In this document: positions 30,047-42,411 of the stretch, one piece after another
How positions within the stretch are numbered: the stretch's first letter is position 1
Layout of the letters: the number at the start of each line of letters is the position of its first letter
Assembly (NCBI GenBank): GCA_009859145.1
Contig: VRVR01000008.1
Location: 133,494 to 197,493 of the forward strand
From: Andalucia godoyi And28
Lineage: Eukaryota; Protista; Jakobida
DNA length: 64,000 bases
Direction of reading: 5' to 3'
The notes under the pieces: generated by a model
The model's input: the letters and a program-made list of their open reading frames with translations, nothing else
Databases searched by the model: none
What the model was told of the DNA's origin: nothing
Program-made: the position numbers and the translations under genes

Positions 30047-30117
30047 CGGTCGACGTTTGAAAATTGATATATTTTGATATTGCGCAAACATGATGATGAC
30101 GAAGACGGGGCAGAAGA

Positions 30118-31200
30118 TCACTGTATCGAGTTCATGGTGATTTCCGCAAGCGTGGGAATCCCGCTACATGAGAACCAAAATTTCCAACGGGCATCGACAG
30201 ACCCAAACGTTCCATCGCCGCGGACGACTCGGAATCGAAACGACTGTGGCACTTCTCTTGGAATTCCGTCTTCGACGTTATCTGCAGACAGGGACACGAA
30301 GAATCGCAGACATGTTATTTGCAGCTCAACAACATCGTCAACATGGATCAAACACAATGGATTGATTTCGGACATGTGTTCAAGTAAATCCGAGTCCCGG
30401 GACCATCGCAGATGCTCACAGGCCATTGTTGAAATCATCAGGATGGATCCGACAAACGGCGGCGTCTTGTCTTCATTCAGATATTCATACACAGACGAAC
30501 AGCGGTACAGAACACGCATATCTCCGGAAGCTTCTGCCTCTCGTTTGCGAGCATCCACAATGCAAGCCAGCTGCGCAAAGTTGTATTCATCGAGAAAAGC
30601 AAGTTGCCGTCTGTCGCATTTCTTCAGATCACCAAGCGAAAAGATATGTTCCGCAAACGCACGCTCCTTTTCACTTTCACCGTCGGTCTCGTTCTCGTAG
30701 ATGGGAGTCAGAACATCAGAACGAGAATCGAAAGTCGACACTTTGGAATCTGCAGACAGCTGCTGCGGGTCATCGGCACCGGTCTTGGCATTGGATCCAT
30801 TTTTTCCAGCAGCGCTCAATGGAGATGGAGATGAGGATGAAGATGGGGGGGATGCTGATGCTGATGCTGCGGACATCTTTCTCTGCGGCAGCTTGGACAA
30901 GATCGAACGTGCATAACTCTGGATGCGTTTGCATAAAATTTGCGAGTGGATTGCGACAAGAGACGGAATATCAGGCAACTCCTGTTCGTTCACGACCGCT
31001 CCTCCGTATCCGTGGCTGAAGCATGCATTTGGCGCCAAGTATCCTGATGGTGGTCGATGTGCACTTTGCTGTGCGAGCAATTGGGAATGCACGTCGTGCG
31101 GGGTCGCATAGAATGGATACGACCCAGGAACACTGAATGCCATTTGTTGCGGATCCTGCGGATATTGCATAAACAACTGGGAAAAATGAGGGAGCAGATT

Positions 31201-31266
<66 letters not shown>

Positions 31267-31614
31267 ATGATGTTGATGATAGTAATATTGTTGCTGCTGT
31301 TGCAATTGGAGCTGCGACAAGTGGTGATGCAATTGGAAGTGACAGTACGGAGAAGGATGCTCGACCTGCAGTTGCAGAGAAGGTTGCTGCAAAGCTAGGG
31401 GTACAAAGGAACCAGAAGAAGAACGAGGGAAGAGGATCTTCCCAGACTCGGAGTGATGACAGACCCCATTGTACGAACACAGCTGCGGCCGTTGGTTATG
31501 CAAACACCGTGAACAAACTGGAATTCCACCGTCACATCTCTTATGGTTCTTCCGACACAGATCGCAAGATTTCCCCACTCTTCCCGTCTGTGCAGACACT
31601 TCTTTTCGAGACAT
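30118..31614 (-). CDS. Zn(II)2Cys6 binuclear cluster transcription factor with polyQ and C-terminal PAS-like region
   Basis: SCDLCRKNHKRCDGGIPVCSRCLHNQRPQLC fits C-x2-C-x6-C-x6-C-x2-C-x8-C; long Gln tract (about 31200-31300); C-terminal IHVDD...FRFRVVRGDG resembles a PAS fold (inferred). Confidence 0.88.
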
Positions 31615-32161
31615 TCAAGAAAACCCGAATTTTAAAATTGAAGAACGAAAAGGGTGTAGGGAGAAGAAAAATAATAAATTCAGACAAAAATCCCGCTGTT
31701 CACTCTTCTCTCCTTGACGTAAGCTTTCACCACCTTTTGTCCTCTTTCCGCTACGTCTCTTCTTCCGAGTAGTGTTTTCATCCAGCCGCCAGAGTCCCAG
31801 ACTCCAGAAATTCCCTATAAACGAGAAAACCGGGTTTCATTCCAGCCTCGCAAGCAACGGACATCTCTCTCTCTCTTTCTCTCTCTCTCGCTTAACGCAT
31901 TCCTCTTTCTGCTGTACGTCCTACATGTTCAAAGCAGGACCAAAAAGAAAAGATGCATGCTGGGTTTTGCTGGACATCTCAGAATCACTTGATGCAATGC
32001 ACTCGTTAATCGCACACAAACTCTCTCTTGCCGTGGTTCATTCGCAAATGCTCATTTTGCACTTTGTCACTGTTCGTTTCCCAAAGGCACAGCCCGCACA
32101 AACGCACAGATACACAAAAAGGGGGAGAAAAGGAAAAGAAAAACATATCTATCTAGTTGTC

Positions 32162-32353
32162 ATGAGTGAAGAATTCCAAGAAGGTGACTTGGTGTCGTTT
32201 GTGCTGTTTGTGGTGATCGTCGTCGGGATCTGGTACGTGCGCCAGCATTTTCAAAATCGATCGAGGCCGTCCTCATTTGCAGCTCAATCGCAACTGCAGC
32301 CACAGTACCACTCACAGTCACAGTCGCAACCACAGAAGCAGCCGTATGAATAG
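32162..32353 (+). CDS. Small single-TM protein (63 aa)
   Basis: MSEEFQEGDLVSFVLFVVIVVGIWYVRQHF with a Q/S-rich tail, flanked by AT-rich non-coding DNA. Confidence 0.45.
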   Translation: MSEEFQEGDLVSFVLFVVIVVGIWYVRQHFQNRSRPSSFAAQSQLQPQYHSQSQSQPQKQPYE

Positions 32354-32496
32354 CAATTCTTACATTTATTTATTCATTCTCGCCTTGTTTCTTTTCTTTT
32401 GTGGTGTTTAGGGCCTTTTTCATTTCCATTTTCCACTGCACAACGAAATGAAGTATCTAATCCCTCTCGTATGGTTTGCTTTATAGAGTCCAATCG

Positions 32497-32922
32497 ATGC
32501 CGTTCAAGATGCCGGTGTCAAAGGTCACTCGAGTAACATCGTCATCGTCATCGGCGGCGGCGACGGCAACGTCAGGTGCAATTGCTGGTGGATCCGCACA
32601 GTCCGCGGCGTCGTCTGGAAAGTCAGTGCCGAGCTATGTGACGACACCCTCTGGAAAGCGCATCACAGTCGTTGGAAAGCCTATTATTCGTCCCTCGGCC
32701 ATTCCCTCTTCATACTCGATTCACAGCAGCAGCAGCGGCCACGCCACCCATCCAGTCAACACGAACACGAACACTTGCGCACTTGCCAACAATCGGCTGA
32801 GCAATAACAGCGGAAACCTCACCAGGAAGCGAGTACAGCAGCAACAACAACCGAGCAGCCCATGGGTGGAACAGTCGACTATCATCGCCGAGTCTTCTAT
32901 GGATATGAGCATCATTCGTTGA
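32497..32922 (+). CDS. Ser/Thr-rich hypothetical protein
   Basis: GC-rich low-complexity ORF of 141 aa between AT-rich spacers; may have an upstream exon. Confidence 0.45.
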   Translation: MPFKMPVSKVTRVTSSSSSAAATATSGAIAGGSAQSAASSGKSVPSYVTTPSGKRITVVGKPIIRPSAIPSSYSIHSSSSGHATHPVNTNTNTCALANNRLSNNSGNLTRKRVQQQQQPSSPWVEQSTIIAESSMDMSIIR

Positions 32923-33039
32923 AAGCAAATTTACCACCAGTAGAAATACGTCATTACCATAATCGTTTGTTGTGATTCATCATCATCATCATCATCATCA
33001 TGCTCATTGTTTCTTGGTTAGTGAAATGGTTGTTCTGTA

Positions 33040-33729
33040 TTACAAGTCGTTGTTGACAATAAACCGGTTACCCTCGGACTGTCTTCCGTGGAAAAACACT
33101 CTCGTCACGCCTGCAAATGACTTTTTCTGACCAATATTCGCATCCAGTTCCTTATTATCGCCTCCCCCTCCTCCGCCGCTGCTGCTTGGTTGCTGTGATT
33201 GTGATGCTTGGTTGTTGTGATTCTGCGCAAGAGGTTGGGGTGGTTGTTGAACCTTTGCGATTTGTACAAAAGGACCCGATCGCTTGGCCTCTGCAACTTC
33301 GGACGGAAGCACTTCGGAAGCATCGAGGAACTGGATGGAAGGCATGTTGTAGAGTATAAAGATGCGGCATCGCGCATACTCGTCGGCTGCGTCTGGATCA
33401 AGGAATGGGCAGCACGGATTGAAGAGCAAGGAGAGATATCGCAGCCTCGGGCACTTGGACTTGAGCGACTCCACAATACACGTGAGATCCGACAGCTTGT
33501 TGCGGTTCAGCCACAGCGTGTCGAGACGCGGGAGTGCGGGCAGCGTGCTCAGCGTCGTCTCTGTGATCTCATTCGAATCTAGAATCAAATGAGTCAGCGT
33601 TGACGCGACGCTGCCGAGCGACGACAAGCTCGACACTCGGTTGTGCGACAGATCAAGGTTCGTCACCACCGCCGGAAGCGCTGGAATCGCCTCCAGATTC
33701 TGATCACTAAACGACAACTCCGTCGACAT
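33040..33729 (-). CDS. LRMDA: Leucine-rich repeat protein, LRMDA/C10orf11-like
   Basis: LDLSHN, LILDSN, LWLNRN LRRs; LRYLSLLFNPCCP LRR cap; C-terminal GRQSEGNRFI..DL. ATG at 33729. Confidence 0.75.
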   Translation of the reverse strand: MSTELSFSDQNLEAIPALPAVVTNLDLSHNRVSSLSSLGSVASTLTHLILDSNEITETTLSTLPALPRLDTLWLNRNKLSDLTCIVESLKSKCPRLRYLSLLFNPCCPFLDPDAADEYARCRIFILYNMPSIQFLDASEVLPSEVAEAKRSGPFVQIAKVQQPPQPLAQNHNNQASQSQQPSSSGGGGGGDNKELDANIGQKKSFAGVTRVFFHGRQSEGNRFIVNNDL

Positions 33730-34097
33730 TTTCTCTCTCCCTCTCACTCCCTCCCACTCACTCAAAAAGAAGAAAGACCGAAGAAGGGACAAAAGCAACA
33801 GAAAAACTGAAATAGAATCAGATAAAGGCAAAAAGAAGGTCAATCTTGACGAACGAGGTTGATTCGATTCGTCGGGTCCCCGATGGAAAACACGCCGCAT
33901 CTACGACTGCTGCTCTCCTTGTTGTGGAAGGGCTTTTGCTCATCCGAGGGCCGTGAGCGGGTTTAGGAGGAAGCGTGGACGGTGGATGGAGGAAACCGAC
34001 GCCATGGACCGCTGTCTGGCCTGGAAACATCATCATTATACAACCCAAGCTGGACACGATCTCTTCCTTCAACAATCCTTTACAGTACAAAGTATTA

Positions 34098-34838
34098 TCA
34101 GCCCGATGCTTCTGCGATCGGTTCACGTTCTTCAGTGTCTAATTGTTGTTGCTGCTGTTGCTGCTGCGATTGGTCGGCGACAACATCCAGGACCTCGGAG
34201 TGTGGTTCTGGCGCCTGCACTGTTTCTCCACCACTGTGTCCCGCGTCCACGTCGTTAACCACTGTTGCAGATTTCCCCATTCCTTCTCCGTTCTCATTCT
34301 CATTCTCTGCACAGCTCTCATGGTCACTCTGCACTGTAACTGTTTCCTGACCTAATCTCTCACCTTCTGCTGTTTCTGTTTCTGTTTCTGTTTCTGTTTC
34401 TGTTTCTGTTTCTGTTGCTCCTTCCCCCAGTTCTTGCGGACTGTTTGTCAATCGTTCCAACTGTTCTTCTCTTTCCCGCCGTTGCTGCTCCTCCTTCTCC
34501 TTCTCCTGCTCCAAATTTTCCAATTCAATCTGCAACAGCTTCCGTTTCCGCTCCCCGAGCTCATCCAGCACAGCCTTTCTGCCAAGCGCAACCCTTTTCA
34601 AATCGCGGATCCGTCTAAACACCGTCTCCAGATCCTTCTTCAGCGCCTTCATCTTTCGAATATCCCTTTGCAAATCCGCTCCAACAGTCGAAAACGTCGA
34701 CTCGGCATACTCGAGGTACTTTCCAACCATCTGATTCGACATGTGCAAATGACGAAGCGCCCGAAGCTGCATATCTCGTATAGAGCCAAGTTGCTCGGAA
34801 TCATACAAGTTCACTAACGGCTCCAGTGCATCGCCCAT
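34098..34838 (-). CDS. KXD1: KxDL-domain protein (BORC/BLOC-1 related KXD1) with acidic tail
   Basis: MKALKKDLETVFRRIRDLK KxDL signature; (ET)n tail encoded by the hexamer repeat at about 34372-34415. Confidence 0.75.
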   Translation of the reverse strand: MGDALEPLVNLYDSEQLGSIRDMQLRALRHLHMSNQMVGKYLEYAESTFSTVGADLQRDIRKMKALKKDLETVFRRIRDLKRVALGRKAVLDELGERKRKLLQIELENLEQEKEKEEQQRREREEQLERLTNSPQELGEGATETETETETETETETAEGERLGQETVTVQSDHESCAENENENGEGMGKSATVVNDVDAGHSGGETVQAPEPHSEVLDVVADQSQQQQQQQQLDTEEREPIAEASG

Positions 34839-35051
34839 TTCCCCCAGATCTCTCTCTTTCTGTTTCTCTGTCTCTCTGTCTGTCTTATTCTTCTTGTTCT
34901 TCTTGTTCTTCTTGTTCTTCTTATTCTTCTTGTTCTTGTGACGATGATGATGATGATGCAAAAGGGCTGAAGCCGAGCCAAAGTGCGAACTACGACCGAC
35001 GAAAGCTCCCCCAGAAATGGACGAAGCCCGACAGAAAGGTTTTTTGTTTTC

Positions 35052-35106
<55 letters not shown>

Positions 35107-35195
35107 GGAGTTTTTTTGGGTTTGCATTCGATTCTTCGTTTACGAGGTCTTTTTTCCTTCTTCTTCTATTGGTTTGGTTTGGAATTGCTTGTTGA

Positions 35196-36629
<1,434 letters not shown>

Positions 36630-36732
36630 GTGTAAAAAAGAACAACAACAAAAAGTGTGCATCGTACTTGGTTTTCATTTTTCTCTGTTAGGACGCTGAT
36701 CGGATCTCCAACCACATATGCTACTATTGTAT

Positions 36733-39246
36733 TTAGCGCTTGTCAAATCCGTACGTGTGATGCTTGACCGCCGTCATGAAGATCTGGGTCCAAAATGGAT
36801 GGGGCTCGGGAACGCTGCGGGAGCATGCTTCCTGAACAGCGATGAGGCCGTGATACGAAATGAGTCGGAACACTGCCTTTCGGATTTTCGGGTGGACAAC
36901 CTCTTCGTTCACTCGCTGCACCGTTGCAGGGGGGTCGTAGTACTTCAGGATTTGGTCCGCGACAATGACTCCTTCCACGAGAATGCCACTGTCTGAATAG
37001 AATCTCAGCAGTGCGAGGAAGGAGCGAAGATACCAGCCTCGATAGACGCTCAGTCGATACGCCATTTCAGCGTCGGAGAAGCGCTGCAAACGCTCAGCAA
37101 GTGCACCGCGAAGAAACCATTCAGAAGGAGGCCTCGGAGGAAAGTTATCATAGACATCTCGACCAGAGAACTTCTTGGACACCATTTCCTCCTCTTCTTG
37201 CCATGCGGAATACTGCACAAGATCCTTGTAGAGAGATCGAAACAGCGAATCGAGCCATGCGGCGCACAATCTCTTTTGTCTAACTCGTAACTTCTTTGCG
37301 AACGCAGAATCCCTTGCAAGTGCCACTGGCGAAGACTTTGAGGCAGCTTCATCAAACTCACCTCCAACCACATGCGACGCAGACGGATCATCAACCAAAC
37401 TTGCAGTCGTGTCTCGTTCGACGATCGGCTTCCGATTCGCATCGTCTTTGAATCCTCCAGAATGAGAATTCTGCGAACTTGATGGATCCATCAGCGTAAG
37501 CTTCTCCAATCGATTCGACTCCTCGGTCCCGTTCTCCACTTGCTCCGGACGCTCAGCGGCGGCAGCATCACCAGAATCCTCGGAAGTGCTAAGATTGTCA
37601 TCCAGTTTCTCATTTTGACCTTTCTTTGGAGTTGATATATTCGCTTTCGCATCATTTCTTCCAAAGTCATGTTCGTGCAACGCCTCGATCTGCACAGAGG
37701 GAGATTCGATCAATTCCCCAACAGGCTCGTCATGAACCACCGCTGGCAGATCATCGTCTTGCGGTCCCGACCCACCAATACCATCCTCGTCACTCGCATC
37801 ATCCTCAGAACTTTCCTCGTGCGTGTAAAACACCTGCCCGCGAACCTTTAGCAGGCCATCCCAGCTGAGGTCGTTCCACATGGATACCAAAATATCATAT
37901 GCTTGTCTCACAAGAGTATTTTCGTAGAGCAACCGGCCTGGAAGCATCTGAAGCTCCCTGTCGATAGCACCATTCTTGCCCGCTGAACGACTACCACTGT
38001 CCGCACCACCACTACCACCGCCACCAAGAGCACTGTCGTCATCGCCATCATCAATGTCTAAGTCGTCGTCATCGTCGTCGTCATTCGACCCATCTTCAAA
38101 CACGCCCTTCATTGCGTTCAGATCGGCGGCTTTCGCGAGATTGTCTTCGTAGTACCAGGCCGGGACTGGAGAAGCGCCCGACTTTGGTTTTGTCCGCGAT
38201 TCGTACTTTACCGATGCAACGCCCCCGAGCTTGGAGGGCGGGGGGATCTCATATTCTGGATCCACCGTTTCTGCAGGGTCCTCCATCTGCACAATGTTCA
38301 ATGTTACCAGTGCACTTTCGTATGCCCCAAGTTCTCTGTACGCCGCAGCGAGCTCCAGCCATCCAGTCGGATCCGAAGGAGACTTTAATACGTGTTTCCT
38401 AGCGCGGTCCAAGAACACTTCTGCCCGCTGGACATCGCTTGTGTCCACCACCCCAGAAGCCTCCGCGGCAACATTCGACGACGACGCTGATGACGCCGGC
38501 CATTTCTGTTTTCGAGAACCAAGTGTCAACACATTCATAACGTCGTGCGACAACACATCGTCATCCGACAAGTTGCACAGTTGCTTGATGATATCCGCGT
38601 CTTCAACCCGGGAAAACGACATCAAATGTCGAAATACGGATACGCCAGCTTCTCTGGAGGTTGGAAATGCACGGATGGTAGCGATCCAGTCGACGGATCG
38701 ATAGATGAACCGGACGCACGGCTGCGACGTTGGAACGCAGCAATGCGATCGAATCGCCGAGCAGAGTGCAGCTTCCCGAAACAGCTGTTCGGTCACCTCA
38801 ACGTGTTCACCATCCAACACGCGAATTCCAAATGCCTGAGTTCTTCCTGGAATCTCCATTTCCACCCGAACATCAATCCCTGATACCGCGCAGAACGTGC
38901 AAAACGTCCCTTTCTTGATTTTGAACGAAGACGCCGAAAGCCACGGAGCCGACTCTGCATTCGTGGTCAGCGTGTACAGGTACGCGCTCATTGCGCCGGC
39001 AGAAGAAACGTCTGCGCCCCGTGGAAAATGAACATAGTGAAACGAATTCGATCCGAAAAAGTTCTGAAACGGGTTCAGTGTTACCCGCTGCTTTTCCAGA
39101 ACCACAACATCCTGAGGTCCCCAACGCGCATTCTCGGAGCGGTGGTGCACCGAGTACGCAAGCGCAACATCAAGTCGTGTGTCCAGTGTGGACCCTGCCA
39201 CTGACTCTATACACTCGGGTACTCCACTAATCGTATCAAGACTCAT
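36733..39246 (-). CDS. ChAP (Chs5p-Arf1p-binding protein; exomer Bch1/Bud7 family)
   Basis: MSLDTISGVPECIE start; HYV..D.SSA...AYL; GTFCTF.A.S.ID.RV...IPG; TPR W..LA..Y.....YE.AL.TLN; SEW...G.LA.RL. ATG at 39246. Confidence 0.78.
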   Translation of the reverse strand: MSLDTISGVPECIESVAGSTLDTRLDVALAYSVHHRSENARWGPQDVVVLEKQRVTLNPFQNFFGSNSFHYVHFPRGADVSSAGAMSAYLYTLTTNAESAPWLSASSFKIKKGTFCTFCAVSGIDVRVEMEIPGRTQAFGIRVLDGEHVEVTEQLFREAALCSAIRSHCCVPTSQPCVRFIYRSVDWIATIRAFPTSREAGVSVFRHLMSFSRVEDADIIKQLCNLSDDDVLSHDVMNVLTLGSRKQKWPASSASSSNVAAEASGVVDTSDVQRAEVFLDRARKHVLKSPSDPTGWLELAAAYRELGAYESALVTLNIVQMEDPAETVDPEYEIPPPSKLGGVASVKYESRTKPKSGASPVPAWYYEDNLAKAADLNAMKGVFEDGSNDDDDDDDLDIDDGDDDSALGGGGSGGADSGSRSAGKNGAIDRELQMLPGRLLYENTLVRQAYDILVSMWNDLSWDGLLKVRGQVFYTHEESSEDDASDEDGIGGSGPQDDDLPAVVHDEPVGELIESPSVQIEALHEHDFGRNDAKANISTPKKGQNEKLDDNLSTSEDSGDAAAAERPEQVENGTEESNRLEKLTLMDPSSSQNSHSGGFKDDANRKPIVERDTTASLVDDPSASHVVGGEFDEAASKSSPVALARDSAFAKKLRVRQKRLCAAWLDSLFRSLYKDLVQYSAWQEEEEMVSKKFSGRDVYDNFPPRPPSEWFLRGALAERLQRFSDAEMAYRLSVYRGWYLRSFLALLRFYSDSGILVEGVIVADQILKYYDPPATVQRVNEEVVHPKIRKAVFRLISYHGLIAVQEACSRSVPEPHPFWTQIFMTAVKHHTYGFDKR

Positions 39247-39266
39247 AATCTTTCCCACTGGCCGTG

Positions 39267-39270
<4 letters not shown>

Positions 39271-39340
<70 letters not shown>
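39271..39340. repeat. Compound microsatellite (CT)n(GT)n
   Basis: Directly visible, 25 nt upstream of the ChAP start codon. Confidence 0.95.
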
Positions 39341-39342
<2 letters not shown>

Positions 39343-39672
39343 AACCATACGCTCCTCTAACCGTGCACTCTTCCTGCTGTTTTCCAAAAATTTCAAAATG
39401 GATCAAAGGACTGGAAGCGGTGTACGACAGATGGAAGAGTAACGTTAAAAAAAACACCCCCGTTTTTTCCCAAACGGAATGCTTACAAAAACTCTTTGGT
39501 CATTGGTGATCACAATCCTTTTGAAAACAAGATTTAATCATTTTCTTTCATCTCCATTGTTTTAATACTGTTTTTTGTTTCAAAGAATTAGTTTCTGCGA
39601 ATTTTGTGACGCGTTCTCCAGCAGCAGCAACCACTATAACAGCAACTCCTACTACTAACAGCAGTTTTCCAA

Positions 39673-40820
39673 ATGAGCCGACGATCCGCACATGATTCAT
39701 CGCAGGTCGCGTCCTTTCTGAACCCTGCGAACGGCCTTCGGTATGTTTTCCACCCTCATTTTACAATGTAATTTATGCATTCATCATGCCCATCCTCTTT
39801 CTTCGGGGTGTGCCGTGTCAATGTGTTTTCAGATTTAGATTCGGATTTAGATTCTAACGCATCATGAATGTCTGTATGTCTTTATGGACGGATGGACGGA
39901 TGGACGTGTAAATTAGTGGTGAAATGGAGCGCAAAGGAATCAAGCCAAAGGACCATGCAGCGGAGAATGTAAAGAAGCTCCGGGATGCGCAGGAAGCCAA
40001 TCGAACAAAGCGGACTGAAGCGCTTGAGGCGAGAGATCCGGTTGCAGAGTTTAAGCTTTCGAAATTCAAGAATGTCGAATCCGTGGTTTCCAAGTCTCTT
40101 CGCGAACAACGGGAACACCAGCACGATGCAACATTGTCGGCGTCGAGTGTCGGTGTGAACAATGAGAACACGAACAACATGCACCATAGTGGTAATGGCA
40201 GCAGCAGCAACGACACCAACAATAGCAGTGGGTATCTGAAGGCACATACGTTGGAAGATCGGTCGCAAAAGATGCTTGTTGAAAAAAAGGCCAGCGTCCC
40301 TCTGGATCTTCGAGTGCGGTCCAAAGTGAAGCCTTCCTTGCCTGATTTTTCACGGAACCCTCTCTCTCTGCATGATGGAGGCGCCGACGACGGCGACGAG
40401 AGCAGCAAGAAAAAGAAGGATTTTATTTCGACGAATGCAGTGAGCGTCATTCAATCCAAAAAGTTCGACGGGCCGCAGCCGCGCAAGGAAAAGGAGAAGG
40501 ACGCGTTGGCCTTGGGGAAAGTGCCCGAGTATCTCGTGGCGAGAAAGGCCGAGATGGCCGAGAAGAAGATGGAAGAGATGAAGCGGAAGGAAGAAGAGGC
40601 GCGGCCAAAGGGGCTTACGCTGCTTTCAGAAGACGAGCGAGTCGCTACGCTTCAGAACCTTGTGCGCTCCAAAGAAGACATTATCGCGGAGCTCCACCGA
40701 CTCCCGTTCTCGGATACGATGCGTGTCGTCAAGAAGCGAACGGAGCTCGATCAGAAAATCGGAGAGATCGAGGCAGCCATTCTCATCTTTTCCCGTGAAA
40801 AGGTCTACATCCAAGAGTAG
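39673..40820 (+). CDS. ENKD1: Enkurin-domain protein ENKD1-like; exons 39673-39740 and 39917-40820
   Basis: KGIKPKDHAAEN, FISTNA, GKVPEYL..RK, LLSEDER..TL..L and IFSREKVYI motifs. A 176-nt GTATGT..TAG intron (with TTCTAAC) joins an upstream ATG exon in phase. Confidence 0.8.
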
Positions 40821-41511
40821 CACCAGAGTCCAATCGTCATCACGCCCACATCCGCTCATCCCTTATGACTCATACCAGGTACTTGTACACTTACGTTCTT
40901 CACTTCTTTTTTGTTTACTATTCATATTAATTAATGAATGGATTAATTTAATATTCCTTTCTTCTTGACTTACAACCTTCTTGACTCGCTCTCCCGCTTC
41001 CCAGTAAGGTAGCACACGGCACACTGCACAGGATTCGCAGATTCGGACGCTTCGCAGAATCTCTGATTCATGACGGCGTTTTTTTTTGTTGTTGTTGTTG
41101 TTTTTTTGTTGGACTGGCCTATAATATTGGGGAAGCTGCGGGCTGTAGTCTTTGGGAGGCCCGCAAGCCCCAACTCCCGAGTCCTTCAACACAAAGTGCT
41201 ACATTCGCAAAGTTGCCTAAGTCCCACTGCTTGTGCAAAAACTCATTAATGGCGTATCCTCTGTGTGTTTGACAAACAGTGTATTCTTTTCTTTTCATTT
41301 TTGTTTTACTCACTGAGAATTATTAGGAAGCACATCCCGCGCCATTATATTTTTGGTCGTTTGTTTCGCTCCAGCCAAGTCTTTTTTTTTTTTGTTTGAG
41401 ATTTGTTGTATTTTTGAGGTTTGCAGAGCATTTTGCTGAATACTGCGTTTCCGGTGGCATTCCGATTATTTGTTCAGTTTGTACAGTATTAGTAATTACT
41501 AAGGAGAGAAA

Positions 41512-41513
<2 letters not shown>

Positions 41514-41568
<55 letters not shown>
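41514..41568. repeat. Compound microsatellite (GT)n(GA)n
   Basis: Directly visible, ends 13 nt before the NCS-1 ATG. Confidence 0.95.
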
Positions 41569-41581
41569 GCAGTATTGAGAA

Positions 41582-42142
41582 ATGGGAAACCAACGGTCGA
41601 TGATGAAAAAGGACGAGCTGGATCAGCTTGTCGCGGCTTCGCACTTTTCTCGGGAAGAGCTGCAGCAGCTCCACAAGCAGTTTATGGATGAGGCGCCTAC
41701 TGGGATCGTTTCGCGAAAAGATTTTACCGGGCTTGCAAGTGTGATGGGAATCCGGGATCCGTTCATGGTCGATCTTGTCTTTTCCAGTTTCGATCTGAAC
41801 CGCGACGGCGCAATCGAGTTCACAGAGGTTATTCTTGCAATGTCGTGCATGATGCGCGGGTCGCCAGACGAAAAACTCGAGTTTGCGTTCAATCTGTACG
41901 ATATTGACCACGACGGATTCGTCACCCGAGACGAAATGCTCAGGATTGTCACCGCGCTGTATCGGATGCACGGGGACCTCGTTTCCGTTCAGGGTGAGGC
42001 ATTTGAGACCCCAGAGCAGCTTGTCTCCAAAATCTTTGCCGACATGGACATGAATGAAGACGGAAAGCTCTCTCTTGAGGAATACAAGGAAGGCGCCCTC
42101 AGGGATCCGTGTGTTGTCCAAGGGCTCTCACTCTTCCGTTAG
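41582..42142 (+). CDS. NCS1: Neuronal calcium sensor / frequenin-like EF-hand protein
   Basis: MG myristoylation start; DLNRDGAIEF, DIDHDGFVTRDEM, DMNEDGKLSLEEY EF loops; RGSPDEKLEFAFNLYD. Confidence 0.85.
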   Translation: MGNQRSMMKKDELDQLVAASHFSREELQQLHKQFMDEAPTGIVSRKDFTGLASVMGIRDPFMVDLVFSSFDLNRDGAIEFTEVILAMSCMMRGSPDEKLEFAFNLYDIDHDGFVTRDEMLRIVTALYRMHGDLVSVQGEAFETPEQLVSKIFADMDMNEDGKLSLEEYKEGALRDPCVVQGLSLFR

Positions 42143-42411
42143 AGAGTGAGCTACGACATTGTCTAATTGTGAGTGTGTGTTTTTTCAGTTGTGCTTCGTC
42201 TTTGCTCCATTTGCGTGCATTTGTTTCCGCGCTCTCCGCCGTCTCTCGATGATTTCTCTGCTTCCTTGTCACTCGCCAGCACATGCCAGCTTTTCACTGT
42301 GGAGATTCCGACTCATGACGCTGCCATGTAACGTCTTCCAACGTTCTTTTTATTGCATAAACATTACAAATGCTATAGTCTTGGAACGTGTACACGGTCG
42401 TCTTCTTCTTC

